Shown: in pieces, positions 38,198 to 52,269 of the stretch
Position numbering within the stretch: position 1 is the first letter of the stretch
Layout of the letters: each line of letters starts with the position of its first letter
From: Hydrolagus colliei
Lineage: Eukaryota
Length of the DNA stretch: 64,000 nt
Direction: 5' to 3'
Assembly (NCBI GenBank): GCA_035084275.1
Contig: CM068742.1
Coordinates: 106,392,001 to 106,456,000, forward strand
Program-made: the position numbers and the translations under genes
Notes under the pieces: model-generated
Database searches by the model: none
What the model saw: only the letters and a program-made list of their open reading frames with translations
What the model was told of the DNA's origin: nothing

Positions 38198-38848
38198 TGT
38201 TCTTTCCCCATTACTGATTAAACCAAGGGTAGAGGAGGCTTGTTTAATTAAAAGTTTTTAAAAAATAAATGTGCTTGGAAGAAAGAGCAGAATGGTTCCT
38301 CAGCAGGAAGAATGTCTGACCCCAGCAGCACACTGAACCCTTAAGAGGCTCTGTTTCTGCCATACCTGCCAATGGCAAGGCATAGCTGCTGTGTTTTCTG
38401 TAGTTGGTTTCCATTGTGTCTACGTCGGCAAGGATACCTAATTCAAACCACGTCTCCTTTCTCCCAGAGGCTTGCTGAAGTGATCTAAACGCTCATCGTA
38501 CACAACTGTGGTCAAACCCCAAGGCTGCTTGCTGCTCGCATCTGCTGACCATGTGTGTGTGGAGCTTTTGCCAGTTCTTACCTGGGAGAAGTGGAGGGTA
38601 TCACCTGGCTGGGTGGGAGATACAGGTAGAGTTGGGGGGTGGAGGGGGCATTCTCAGATTTTCTAAAAAATACCAGTTTTTATTGCATTCTTCCACAACC
38701 ATTTCACCCACTGAAAGAAAAATGCAAGTGGCACCCTTTCTACATGCTTATCCTATTTAGGGAGAGAGATGCTTGAGCGAGTCTCTGCCAGTGTCACTGG
38801 GAGATGGTAGCAACAGTAGTAGAGGATACTCTTCATTGGTAATAAATA

Positions 38849-39561
38849 CAGTAGAAGCCCGTTTATCCGGCACCCTCGTGACCTGGCCAATGTCGGTTAA
38901 AGCGCCTGCCGGATATTCGGCAGAAAACCCAACACAAAATTATTATTTTTTTTTAAACTAAATATTAAACTAAATAATCATTCATATAATATATAAATAA
39001 TTATAATAATCCTTTTACACACAGTGACCAGGCAGCTCAGAGAGAGCTAGTTTAAAGTAGTGCAAAAGTTACACATCTGAATGACACTGTTTTCATTGGG
39101 GGCAGAAGAGAGGAAAGCTCGTGTTATTGAGAAAGCAGAGAGTGAGCAGCGGCAGCTCAGTTCAGTTAATTTTCTTTCCAAAAAGCCTTGCGATGCAAAC
39201 GAGCATTGCTGGGATAAGTCTTTTTTATTAAAATAAAAACCAATGAATTGATCTGCAAGCTTTGCTCATTGTGGGTGGGTGTTTTTCTGTTTTGTGGCTA
39301 AATTAAATCTAAATTAATCAACTCACCCTCTACCTCCCTCAAAAAGTACACTCCGGAGAGTGCATTGCTTTACAGTACCGGTAGCATTCTGAGCTAGCGC
39401 CACCATCAGGCACCTAGTAGTAGCATTCCAAAATACTGACGCAACACAAAACACCAAATTTCTGGATAAATTCCAGTTTATCGAATGCGGCCCTTTTTTT
39501 TGCAGTGCCGGTTATACGGAAGGTACGGTTGATCGGGTCACGGATAAACGACCTTCTACTG
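38849..39561 (+). mobile_element. Tigger/pogo-type non-autonomous DNA transposon
   Basis: TA|CAGTAGAAGCCCGTTTATCCG ... CGGATAAACGACCTTCTACTG|TA; abuts a SINE tail on its right. Confidence 0.88.
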
Positions 39562-39562
39562 T

Positions 39563-39810
39563 AATGCTAATCCTTGAATTTGATATAGCGCTTTTCACGT
39601 CTTCTAGACGTTTCAAAGCGCTTCACAGAATATACTGTAAAGTGAATTGAATTGTATATTTGTGGGTGAAACGTATATAATGATAATAATAATACTTCAT
39701 TTGATATGGTGCCGTATCACATTGTTGAGATGTCCCAAAGTGATTCACGTGATGTACTGTAAAGTGGATTGACTGTGCATTTTGTGGACGAAATATGACA
39801 GTTAAAGATC
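39563..39810 (-). mobile_element. Two tandem antisense SINE 3' fragments
   Basis: Two copies of atttgatat...aaag..ttcac..tactgtaaagtg..attg..tttgtgg. Confidence 0.8.
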
Positions 39811-40179
39811 TTACACAGGGGAGCACAATTCATAATTGCTTTACCCTACAGCTATTGTGGAAGATAGTGAACGCATATCTTAAAAGTGCTGAGTGTGTGA
39901 AAGTATCATGCCAGTGCCTGTCAACACTGAAATCCGTGACTAAGTGCACACTTTAACTGCACAATTGCTGGTACTGTACTCACAAAGAAGGGATGTGGAA
40001 ACAAAATCAAGATTCAAGTGTGAAGAATGCTTAAAGTTTCAATGCTTCCAACAATAATGGTGCTCACCATTTTTCCAATGGCTGCCTGACCATTAAACAC
40101 ATATGAACACAATGTAACTCTAGCTTCACACCACTCTTGTTTATGTGTTATGTAACACATGATAAGGTGTTATATTTCT

Positions 40180-40980
40180 CAGGTTCCTACTTACTCTTTA
40201 TCTAGCACTAAATAGGAACCCGGTTGTCGGTCGATCAGCAGATTGCTTTCTGGGGGTAGTAATGCCTTCCAAAATATATAATATAATAATAAGCCTTACA
40301 TTAATATAGCACCTTATGGCATCTTCAAGACATCTGAAAGCGCTTCACAGGAATGTAATGTAAATTGAATTGATTGTATAATTTGTGGGCAAAATGTGGC
40401 AGCCAATTTCACACAGCAGTATCCCACAAACAATATTTGAATGTTCAAATTACAGTGCATAGATTATGGTTTTTGAAGGGAATTATTACCCCTAAAAAAG
40501 TGATCTGCCAATCGACTAACTACTTCCTACTTATTGCTGGGTAAACAGAGATGTGTGGAGTATGGAAACTTGCCCCATCCAGGGATCAAGCCCAGGTTGA
40601 TTGTTCATTTCCATCCAAGACTGTTTGTGGAACACTGATGTGTGCAATTGGGTGCCGTGTTTCACCCACAAATATAGTTAATTCACTTTACAATATATTG
40701 TGTAAAGTGCTTTAAGACGTCTTTTTTTTATAGAAAAAGCACGATATCAAATGCAAGGTTCTCTTGCTTGCAAGTCCAGTCCCTTAACCAATATGCTACA
40801 GGATTTAAAATGTTTGTTGAATTTGGTCACTCAATCCATGATGGTTTGTGGAACACTGCTGTGCGCAATTGGCTGCCACTTTTCGCCCACAAACACACAG
40901 TCAATTCACTTTACAGTATATTCCATGAAGCTCTTTGAGATGTGATCAGGTGCTATATCGAATGCAAGGATTATTATTAC
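40180..40980. mobile_element. Cluster of interleaved SINE fragments in both orientations
   Basis: Family middle and tail segments near 40190-40270 (+), 40280-40600 (-), 40605-40760 (+) and 40820-40980 (+). Confidence 0.75.
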
Positions 40981-42904
40981 AGTATTTAGATTTGGAACTG
41001 CAGCTCATTCTGACTTTGAAATGGGATTGGCCTAAAAGCTGTAACGTCTTGCATGATGATTTCTCTCTCCTGAGAGCTGTTGCACTGTGGGGAGGAGAGT
41101 CGAACAGAGCGTTAAAAGCTACATTCAGCAATAAAAGGGAGCAGCACTCCCCTTGGATTCTAGTGTCGACATTATTAACAGCTGCACCCTCCAGTGTGGC
41201 AACTGAGAGGATTCGAGTATTTGGCTAGAAATAAGGAGTGTGTATATTACATGCATATTTCAAGCGGATTTAAAAGTTAGAACATATGTGAGTGTAAAAG
41301 ATATAGGAAGTCACGGCACACTGGTGTTAGCTGACAAACGCCCTGGGACACTAACCCACGTGAAGGGCGCTATATAAATGCGAGTCGTTGTTGACATCAG
41401 AAGGTTGCAGTGTATTGTGATCTCTGAGCTTTTAGGTTATTTTGTGAGAGGCAGTCATGGCGTAGCGAGGAGGGGGGATGGTTAACACTCACTAATTGCT
41501 AAAGCCAGTGAACTTTTCGTTCCGCAATTACCAATTGAAAATGTTAAGAGGAAAAGTCTGGGCCCTGCTGTGTTTGGGTTGGATTGTTCTGAGCGTGTGA
41601 AATGCTTCCTGCGACACACTGCAGCAGAGCCCACGCCCACAGTGCATGTCCTTATTCAACACTTTGCTGATCACAGTGGGGTCCTTCCACAGTGGCCAGG
41701 TTATTTCTCTAAGAGAAGGACACGGACTTGAGCTCACAATAAAGATGGACATAAAGTTCAGATGTCAATTACTTTACACAGAGAGCATTGGAATAGACCA
41801 CCCAACAAGGCGGCAGAGGCAGATTGCATCACAAGCTCAGGAGGGGTATTAGAGAGTTAGCTGGTGAAGAATTCAAGTTAGGGGGTATGAGAGGTAGACA
41901 GAAGAGAGGAGAGTTATTTATTTAAATTTGTCTGCTGGTCAGATGGAGCTCAATAGCCGTGTCCAGTTCTGTACGCTCGTGTGTTCCCTTTAGGGAAAGA
42001 GGGGCAATTGGAGGCAGTAGGCAGATGGCCTGCTGGTTTGGCTTGGGATGGTGCGGAGCAGGACAACTAACGGGGGGAGGAAAGGGAGAAGATAATAAAG
42101 TACAATTCCAAAAAAGAATAGGGCACATTTGAGGAGGGAGGAGAAAAGTCAGTAGTCATTGTGTGCAGTGTAACTGGAGTGCTCAGCAGTAAAGCTGGAG
42201 CAGATTAATGCATTTGCACATGGGCCAAAATATAAGTGCAGCCAGTCGGGGTTGTCTGGTACATTAGATGAAATGCATCAGTTCTCAGCCACACTGTTCT
42301 GCATAAGAACACAAGAATTGCTGGACAAAAGAAGGCCAAAGTCCATCCAGTTTACATTCAACCACACGGCAGTCAAATGCACATAATAAACTACTTACCG
42401 TATCCCAAATAATATTTCCTAAAATAAATCTATCTAATCCGTAGCATTTCCAACGTTTCGATTTTCTTTGGTAAAATCTACCAACTGAACTGTTTGTGTG
42501 TTGAAACATTTGCTGTTCCGGTTTGTGGTCCATCCCCACCCACCCCCCCACCCCCTTTTGTTGCATCAGCTACCTTTGCAGCTCCCTCTATTTGTTCCCA
42601 TTTTTGGATCCCTCTCCCTGAAGTAGCAAGTGATTCCTGCTGGAGTCTGTTTCCGTGGGTGCTGGCAGACCTCAGGAGCTCACCCAAGTTGAGAGTCCTT
42701 CCTGTGGGAACCTCATCCAAGTGTCAACGGGCAGCTAAACCTACATTGTTGTAGCTAAACCTACATCATCTACAAATAAAATCACCATATTCACTTTCCA
42801 GCACAGGTCATTTGGTTGTGATTAGATGAGGGAATCCTGTGTGAATTTCCCCTCGTAATCTAATAGTCAGTTGCAGTACCACAGCACTGCTGTTTTAGAG
42901 ATCA

Positions 42905-43275
42905 CAATCTAATACAAAATTGCATTTATAGCGCCTATCACATCGGGAGGATATCCCGAGGCGCTAAAAGTCAGGGATTTGTACCCAGGCAAGGGGCGGG
43001 CGCGGGTGTGAGATAAGGAAGGGTATGAGGGTGGGGTCGAAGGATTGGTCAAAGTGAAGGATCTTGAGACATGCCTTGAAGGAGGCAAGGGAGCGTGCAA
43101 GGCGAAGTGAATGTATCCCACATTCACTTTGCCTTGCACGAAGGTCCAAAGGGTGTGGGTGGAGAGGCTGAAGGCCTGATCACCGATGGTGTGGCAGGCC
43201 GGGCAATGGGGCCGGGCTTTGGTCTGGAGCAGGTCAGAGCCTGATGAGTGGAGAAAGCGGACAGATTGATAAGGG
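42905..43275 (-). mobile_element. L2 LINE 3' fragment
   Basis: Homologous to 24928-25270; reverse strand gives TIGDQAFSLSTHTLW and SLASFKACLK. Confidence 0.85.
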
Positions 43276-43567
43276 TTAATCACTAACCAGAAACCAAAGC
43301 TGGAGGGCAGGATCCGGATTGTGATTGGCTAACATATCTGTCACTCATCAGGAAGGGTGGGTTTTAGGCGTTGGATGGCGGATCTGTTGGCAGACCCTGA
43401 GGTGGTAAGTATCGGGAGCAAATCACAGGGGTTCTCAGAAAAATTCCTAATTTCCCATATAGACAGTGTGCCCCTGGTTTTAAGATATTATTGATATTTT
43501 AGAGACCAGCACGTTGTTTTCTCATGATATTTTAATATCTGTTGATGAAGATTACCTATTCGTACAT

Positions 43568-43887
43568 GGAGTCCTGTAGCTCAGTGGTTAGAGGACTTGC
43601 CTTACAACCGTGAGACCTGTGTTCAAATCCAGGCAAGACAGGATGAAACCTTGGGCATTTTTCCTTGCTGCACACGCCTAATAATAATCTCTCCAAAAAA
43701 ACACAATAATAAAATTGGTAATTTCAATCCATGACTGTTTGTGGGACACTGCTGTGTGCATGTGGCTGCTGCGTTTCCACCACAAATATACAGTTAATTC
43801 ACTTTACAGTATATTCTGTGAAGCGCTTTGAGATGTCTAGAAGACGTGAAAAGCTCTATATCAAATGCAAGGATAATAATTATTATT
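43568..43887 (+). mobile_element. Full-length tRNA-derived SINE, short form
   Basis: ggagtcctgtagctcagtggttagag head, gttcaaatcc B box, (TTA)n tail. Confidence 0.9.
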
Positions 43888-44019
43888 GTATCAATATCTA
43901 TACCATTCCCTCTTATCACACCAGGTAAATAACAAATAAAAAAGATTGTGGTTCTGGCCTTCTCTGTGTGCACATATAATCATTGCATTTCATATAGAAA
44001 GTTATCGTGTCATTGAAAC

Positions 44020-44300
44020 GTGGCAAAGTGCTTCACAGGAAACTCTTTAAGTGGTGTGATTGTTTGTATTTTGTCAGTGAACGTAGCAGCTATTTTGCAC
44101 ACAGCAATGTCCCACAAACAGCCATAGAGTGAATGACTATTTTATTTGAGGGGTTGTTGGCCACGACACTGGGAAAAACTCCAGTGCAACACATCACCGG
44201 CATTTTATTGGAATGTCAGTGTAGACCACATTGGGTTCCAAGTCCCAACATGAGGCTTGAGCTGACAACCTTCTCACTCAGAGGTGAGAGTGCCTCTCTA
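44020..44300 (-). mobile_element. Deu-type SINE, decayed
   Basis: gcacacagcaatgtcccacaaacagcc, ttggccacgacactgggaaaaact and acaaccttctcactcagaggtgagagtgc. Confidence 0.65.
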
Positions 44301-47300
44301 GACTGTTATCTTGTTTACCTCTTTGTACCACTCTCTGTCTCATATTTTATTTCTCCCCATTTTTTCATTCTTCCTGTTGATGTGATTTTCCCTTCTTCAA
44401 TGACTGAATTTTCTCAGATTTCCTTGCAACATTTAACCTTAATATGTATTGTATCAGTCATCAACAATCCAACCCCCCACCCCCACTCCAATTTAAGAAA
44501 AATTAACTTCACTCCTACGGGTAAAGTTTTGCGATATTTCTTAATTAATGCCAAGGTTAATTTAATGCTGGGGTTCAAATATTGCCACAATTAGTAGCTT
44601 TTCATCTTTCTCTACTGACCAATTTTTGTCTTTACATTTAACCCCGAGAGAATCTGGTCAGTGTTTTCTATTTGGTTCAATAGTTATTTTCTGGCCAGAT
44701 CAGCTTAAGAACAATGAAAGCCATTCTCTATCCAGCTCAGAAAAAGGATCTTTACTGCTCAAGATCAGTATCTCAGGCCCATGGGAAGTCCACATTTCAG
44801 CCCTTTGAACTAAATGGGAAGTAAAACTACTTTGGTGTACACCAATGGTATGAGTTCTGTGTTCTCAGGAGGGAAACCCAACTTTTCCCTCCTGAAGCAA
44901 CAGATCATTCAGAACTCTGCAGCTCATGTCCTCTCCCGCATAGTCTCTACGAGTCTATTACTGGCATCCTTGCCTGGCTCAGCTGGAATCTTGCCTGACC
45001 CTACCTCTGTGACCTTCTCAATCATTACATTTGACCAGCCCTACCCAGCAGGCTTTCATCTTATCTGCTCCCACTCTCTAGAACACCAATCCAGAGACCC
45101 ACTGATTCACCCCTTCTCTTGTCTACTTCAAAGTTTGCCTGTAGATCTACCCCTTTGGTTGCTCCTTCAATCTCCCCAATTCCACATCCCTATCGCCCTC
45201 CCCTTATCTCAACCTCCACCTCTCACAGCCGCCATCCACTAGCTCCAGCCCCAGGTTGGGTTCAAACCCTGGGCTGTCCACCACTTGTGGCATCCTCCCA
45301 ATGTGAACAACAATAACAACAAAATTACATTTGTATAGAACGTCTTGGGAAGGATGCCCCAAGACGCTGGAAAGCGCGAAATGAAAGGTGCTATATACAT
45401 ATATATTTTATGATATGATACGTCCAGCTACATTCAGGATGGTGGAAGGCGAACTGGATGGACATTGATCTTCTTTTATCCAGCAAGTTCCTATGTAAAT
45501 ATATTGTTGTTGTAGTTATTCCAGGATTTGTGAATTGCTACTGACTTACCCAACAGATATGGATACACTACAACCTGTGGGTCTCTAGTTTTTTAAGACA
45601 ATGCCCAAACAATAGCCTCCAATAGCTGCTCCCCAGCCCCCATCTCTTAGGCCCCATCTCCAGCGTGGATACCCCATGGGCATTGTCAAGCTTTTTGAGA
45701 CATTGGGACATCCTCCCAATGTGAAAGGTGCTAGGCTCCTCCACTCACTGCTACCCTCCAAAATGACACTGTTGTCATTTATGGACACAAAGTACTTCCG
45801 ACACAGCCAAACATTTGTTGTTTCGAAACCTTGAACTTAAATTGGAGACAATTAATGGGGTCAATAAATGCAACAACAACAACAACTTGGATTTGTATAA
45901 CACCCTCCACGCAGGACGCTAAATGTAATGATATGAAGGGCTTTGCATTCTTTTCGGGAACTCCTCGAAGCGTTTTACATACACAATCAAATCTCTATTA
46001 TCTTCAAACCTGGTTTGTGTTATCTCTCTCCGACTCCATCACTTCTTCCATATCAGGGGAGAACAAAATGTTTTATGTGTTGCTTCATCTGGTTGTGATT
46101 TGAGCACATCAAGCCAGATTTTTTAAAAAAAACATTGTACCTTACTCTGGGCACTCAGCTCACTGCTAGCACATCAAAGAGACTGGGCTGGATCAAGGTG
46201 ATTGTTTTTGACCACATTATCACAAGCCAACGTTTTCTCCCTCACTCCCTTACCCCCCTTTCCCTTCATATGATTAGAGTCAGGCATCCTGACACCTTGC
46301 TTTTCACAGTGCGTCAGATCTTTAGCAGGAACCATCTCGCCGGAGTGACACAGAACAGACAGCTAGAGGGCCAGGGGCCCCAGTGTGTTTACAGCCAGCT
46401 CATTACAAAGTGCCAGCTCGGCATTGAACAGCTCGGAGGCCCTGGTCTTGCCTTTCAGCACTGCTTTCATTAGCAATGGGCTCTGACGAGAGCCCAGCAA
46501 ATGCTGTCATTGATCCTCTCAGTGAGGGAGATATGTGTAGCATTCAGGTCACGGCCTGTTCGGCTTTGATGCAGCTCCATTTCATGGTGCTGACAGCCAC
46601 ATACTGCCGATTCGCTAGGGCTGACACAATTCCCTCTCCGATCAGATCCTTGGTCTGTGCTGCTAACTACACCGATTTCCCACCGGATTGCTCTTTTCTA
46701 GAAATATTAACACTTGTTTACTGGACTTGTTGACAGAAGGATTCTGCAAATAGACTCCCTATAACATTTCCATGAGGAATCTGCTTATTCCGAACGGTTC
46801 GCATCGGCTTCCCCTTAACGCTTCGAACACCTAATTTCCCTGAAACTCTGTGTAATGTCTTGTGTCACCTATTGTGACATGAGCGCTGAACCAGCCAGTC
46901 TTCAGTAACTGCTGTGTGCCGCTTGACTTCTTGCCGTCCCTTCGAGTGGAGCTGTGTAATCTGTGCAAGCACAAGGGTACGGACACACTTTACAGAAAAA
47001 AACTTGTCTCTCGGCCAGGATTATCACTGGAAAAGGGGGGGAAAAAAGAAGCTAGGAATTTTTTTTTACACACTGATGCACATGCACACGCAAGTGGTGT
47101 ATTAAATTGTGGAAAATTAGTCCACTGCACCATTCGAAAAGGAATTGGATAAATCCTTGAAGAAAGGTTATAATACAATTGTGGGGAAACAGGGTTGGAA
47201 TTGGAATAGAATAGATATCTCTAGTGAGCTTGGTAAGACCAGAACACCCCTGTAAATATTGCATGATTTACAGGAGACAGAATTGGCTGTGTAAAAAAAA

Positions 47301-48007
47301 AGTCAATTTCACTGAGTATCTTGTTCCATCAAAAATGTGTTCGGATTGAATTTGCGTCTGTGTAGTATTTTTTAAAGAAGAAAATCTAACTGGGGAAACA
47401 AGCTTACTTACACAATACCTTTTTCTTTAGTTCTTATCAAGCTATTTGTTAAATTGCTTGCATTTTCCCAGCCTTGTTCAACACCTTGAGGAGTGTGATG
47501 GAAACCCAGCTGTGTTTTTATTAACACTTCCCCTAAGTTTTATAAATGGGACGTCCACAACATGTAGGGGTACAATGCTGAAGTATTCCCACTTGTCTTT
47601 TAATGGGAGACTGGTGGTACCAAGAGCTCTAGAGTGGGCACTCTTAGGACTAGAACTGTCAAAACAAATTTATTGAAAGGGAATTTGTGAATAGAACATT
47701 CAGCAAATAAAGGAAATTTCCTGGGCAAAGAGAATCCATCGCTGGCTGGCTTCGTTTCAGCTGATTTTCACTGAGTATCTGGCGTGTGTGTTTAATGAAA
47801 GGCTTCCTGCAATCTGTTTTAATTAGTGACATCCCCGCTCGTAATTACTGATAAACAATACAGACAGGCTTATGTATGTATCTAGTTACTGTTACGTTTA
47901 TTAAAAAGGAGAGAATCCTTGCCATGCCGATTATGATAAGCCCTGATAAGAAGCTGTTTTCTGCAATAGTTTGTAACTTTGAGCCTGTAATATTCTATAT
48001 GATATAT

Positions 48008-48250
48008 ACCTGTGTTCGAATCCAGGCAGCGTGAAACTTTACTTTCTCCACACACCTGCTAATAATCCCTCAAAAAAAATTGTCATTTTAATCCTAGGCT
48101 GTTTGTGGGACACTGCTGTGCCTAATTGGCTGCACATTTCACCCACAAATATACAGTTAATTCACTTTACAGCATATTCTGTGAAGCGCTTTGAGACGTC
48201 TAGAAGACGTGAAAAATGCTATATCAAAATGCAAGGATTATTTATTTATT
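48008..48250 (+). mobile_element. SINE short form, 5'-clipped
   Basis: cctgtgttcgaatccaggcag followed by the family body and tail. Confidence 0.85.
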
Positions 48251-51200
48251 ATATATTACATGTGATATTCGCCTGTTTATATTCATAGGCTCCCAAACTC
48301 CTCCATTGGTCAAGTTTATTCCATTAATTGCAAATTTGTTCTTTTCAAGGTGGGCTGAAAGTCCTTCTTATGTGCAGTAAATGGCCGATTATTTCATGGT
48401 TTCCTACCGAAAATCTCAGATTGAAGCCCATCTACATTTCTTAATTCTGTTTGATGGACGTGAAGAAATGTCCTAAATGCTCCTTGTGACCTTTGCGGTT
48501 CTTCTTTCCAACATGAAATCTGCGATACAATTATTTTATGTTGTTCTAGTGATATCACATTGGGACTTCTCATTGTATGTAAATGCATTAATATTGGCTT
48601 GTAGGAGTGTGTGAGAGCACAAACATTGGGTGTGTTTCAGAGTATTATCATATGTGGGTGAATATGAGCTTGGCAGAAACTTTGTATAAATATCCTTTAT
48701 AAATCCATGTTGTTGTTGTTGTTGAAATGCCACGACTGTAGCTTTGTATGAGTGGTAAGACTACTTTATCCTAAAATTTACGAATCCGCAGAATTGTTGA
48801 AAATCATTCAATTGAATCTCAATTTGGAAGTCAGTTCTTTTAAGAACTGTGGAAAACTGTCTTGTCCAATTAAAGCTCATGAAAAGAACTTACTGCAATT
48901 TTGTACAAATATAAATTTTCAGACAAAATGGTCTAGTGGCATTTTGGGTATCTGATATCCCAAGCAACCACAGACGCTCACATCCCAGACTTATCTCAAT
49001 GTTTAAATGTGACTGGCTTAATTGGTGGAGCGGTGTGCATGAATGTGTGAAACGGGTTTAAGAAATAAGTGAAAGAATTATGCCCAATTTCCCCCTTTCA
49101 CCAATACAAGCTCATTTGCTGCCCCCAGTTGCATAGAGGTATTTAAGATGATTGTGAAGCATTCAGCAGGGCAAACAAAGCCCGTCTCTCTCAACTACCA
49201 TCACATTTTTGTTCTTTAGCTGAAAGGAGATGTTTTATCATCAAACACCTTAAGGAGGGAGGCAAATGTTAGACATTAATACTGTGCATCTCCTTAAGAG
49301 TTTTAAAATGGAGAACTTGAAACTATTTCCTTCATGTGGCCTGTGCTCTATGGGTGTGAGGGCTAAGGTTAAGAAATTCCCTACCTTCCCCTTCCAAAAT
49401 TGCGCACTTGATGTAATATTTCATACCTACACATAGGTTTGGATCTGGTGTGTTTACCTGACTTGTAGTCAGCATTTTGTCATTTGCAATAGGCTGAAAG
49501 GCAAGACGGTTTATAAAGTGAAAACAAAAAGTTCCAGGTTTTGGTGAAGAGTTCACGATTCTTAAAATAATCAATGTGCAGGTATACGGAAAATGTCCCT
49601 CTACAGAAAATCAAATGGCTGAAACACGCAGCTCCAGAAAGCTGCTCTTAATTTTACAGTCTGAGTAAATAATAAAGGCACCTAGCAAGAAGGAAAACTG
49701 CAGCTATTTTACAAGCTGATCAAGCTATAATTGTTTGAGTCTGTTTCAGGGGTAATTAGATTCATGAAAAAAATAGAAATGATTACGTTTTGCATGAATT
49801 GTAGCATCACTCCTAAAGTAATAAGCATAGATTCTGATTACAAAATAGGCTTATTTTGACACAAGGGCAACAGCCACTGCCCTGAGCTATCATTGCCACC
49901 AAAAAGCATGTCTGTAGCAAAGCATTTATTTTGATCATTTATTTCTTTTTGGTATTATTAATAGGATTTATACTGTACATGGTTTCCAGTCTGTTACGTA
50001 ATTCTTGCAGCTCCCCGCCTTGGTTCCTCTCGGCTTCCCTCCCCCGGCTCGACATCAGGTTCCGCCACTGTTAAGCACACTGACATGCTGCGTGAAGGGC
50101 GCTACATAAATGCAAGCTGTTGATGTTGTTCAGTGTATTGGTCAGTTAGTCAGTCAGTTGGTTGGTCGGATAGCTAGGCACGATCCCAGGTCTCAGTTCC
50201 CACTCTGGCACCCTCCCATCCTGTTCACACAGCAGCCTCTTTTCCATCTGCTAAATGTAAGGCTGGATTTACAAACTAATAAATGAAACCCCACACACCC
50301 ACACAGCACCATTCAGCATCCAACGGCATTCTCAATTCATGCAGTCTGTGCTTTCTTTTAGAAGTCTGTTTAACTGCTGCAAAGTGCTTACAGATGTAAG
50401 CAAAGGCAGCTGCCAGTGATTTTCAGCGTTACTTGGTTCTTTGTGCATAAAACAGTTTCCTTGAACCAGTGCCTTGGAGCTTAGGATTGACTTGAGATCT
50501 GCAGAAGAGATTGCTCTAGGTGATACCGTGCTATCCAACAATTAAGAGTTCATTATTTTGCGGTAACAATTTCGGATTGACTTATCCACTGTAGGCTCGT
50601 GCCCTGGGCCACCAGAAGGGAAGGTCCCTCTTTCCTTTTGCAAAGTTTCCAAGTCGCATTTACGTCGCAAAGGGACACTGGAGCTTTTAATGTTGTAAAG
50701 AGTATCATAAGTCATTTGCTTATCACAGTGACTTAAACCATGTTGACAGACTGCCAGACCTGGTCCTGGTGCCAAGCCCTGCCTTATCTTACAGCCATCA
50801 GTGCTGCACCATTGGAAAACAGTTTTGTTAGGAATTGTTTACCACTCTGATAAACACAGATGAAAGAGAAACGTTCATCTTGGGGACTTGTGTAACACTG
50901 GACCGATTGCTGAGAAACCACAGTCGTGTGTCGTGGAAGAAAGCTGTTTACTTGCAACAAACAAGGCATTAGGGCTGCAGCAGATGTCTGCGGCTTTGGG
51001 CACATTAACATTTGTCAGTCTGATTCTGATCTGCCTCCCAGAAACTGGTTCTGATTTGCTTGATTTACACTCTAGGTGCAAAAATGTCTCAGTGTGCGAA
51101 GAGGCGTGAAAACATTCTCTGCTGAAGAGATGCCAATTTGGATGGCCCGGTTACATTCACAACTAGCTGAATCATTCTTCATTTCAAGCCAAGCAATGTG

Positions 51201-51329
51201 TACAGTTCCTTCTAATTGTCAGCCATTCACCCAATTGGGTGAATTGTGGTGATTTGGGAGAACACAAAAGAAAAGATGAAACACTTGTGGGTTGTTGTGG
51301 CTTGGGCATACCAAAAGAACTCACAATTC

Positions 51330-51465
51330 TGTTATTGTGATTTTTTTTGAAGGATTATTATTAGTTGTGTGGAGTAAGGAAACTTGCCCAAGGTTCCTGA
51401 CCTGCCTGGATTCGAACACAGGTCTCACGCTTGTAAGGCGAGTGCTCTAACCACTGAGCTACAGA
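51330..51465 (-). mobile_element. SINE 5' half, antisense
   Basis: cctggattcgaacacaggtctcacgcttgtaaggcgagtgctctaaccactgagctacag. Confidence 0.85.
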
Positions 51466-51778
51466 ACTTTCACGTTGGGAGGATGTCCCAAGGCGCTGGA
51501 CAGTCAGGGGTCGGGACCCAAGCTTGGAGGAGGGGCATGGTAGGGGAGACGGGAGGGAGAGTGGTGGGAGGGCGGCAGAAGGCAGAATCGAAAAGGGTCT
51601 TCAGACTGGCCTTGAAGGAGGCATGGGAGGAAGCTTGGCGAAGGGACCATGGGATGGAGTTCCAGAGTGTAAGGGTGGAGAGGCTGAAAGCCCAGCCACC
51701 GATGGTAGGGCAGGTCAGGCAGGAGACACGGAGCAGTCAGTAGCCTGCTGAACAGAGTGGGCGGGAAGGTTGGTAGAC
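51466..51778 (-). mobile_element. L2 LINE 3' fragment
   Basis: Near-colinear with 24955-25270. Confidence 0.85.
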
Positions 51779-52269
51779 AACAACAACTTATATTTAAATC
51801 GCGCCCTTTGTTTCACTGGTAATGTGAAACAAAAACGGAAATTGTTGAAAATTACAGGAAACTGATCCATCTCTGAAAATAGGCCAGCGGTTCAGGTGTG
51901 ACCCAAATTATATTTCCTATTTCCATCACTTGGAGCTTATGCGAGGCTTGCTAAACATGTTCTCAACTTGATCGGTTTGAAACCTCATACAACATTTTTT
52001 TAAATCATGGATCTAATGTGCAGACTAATTAGGAGAAATAGCTCCTTAAGATTCGCTGTGCCAGTTGCAAGCAGATCCCACCCTGTTTTGTTAATCTCGT
52101 TCACATTCCCAGTCTGGACAATGCATCATTCATCCTGAAAGGTCTGCTGAGGTTTCCGTTGTTGTATTACATATTCTGGTGAAGAGTTGACACTGCTCCA
52201 TTATAAAATAACAGAACTATTTCACTTCCACTAAGAAAGATCCAAATGCAATTGTTGTGATGGTGCTCG

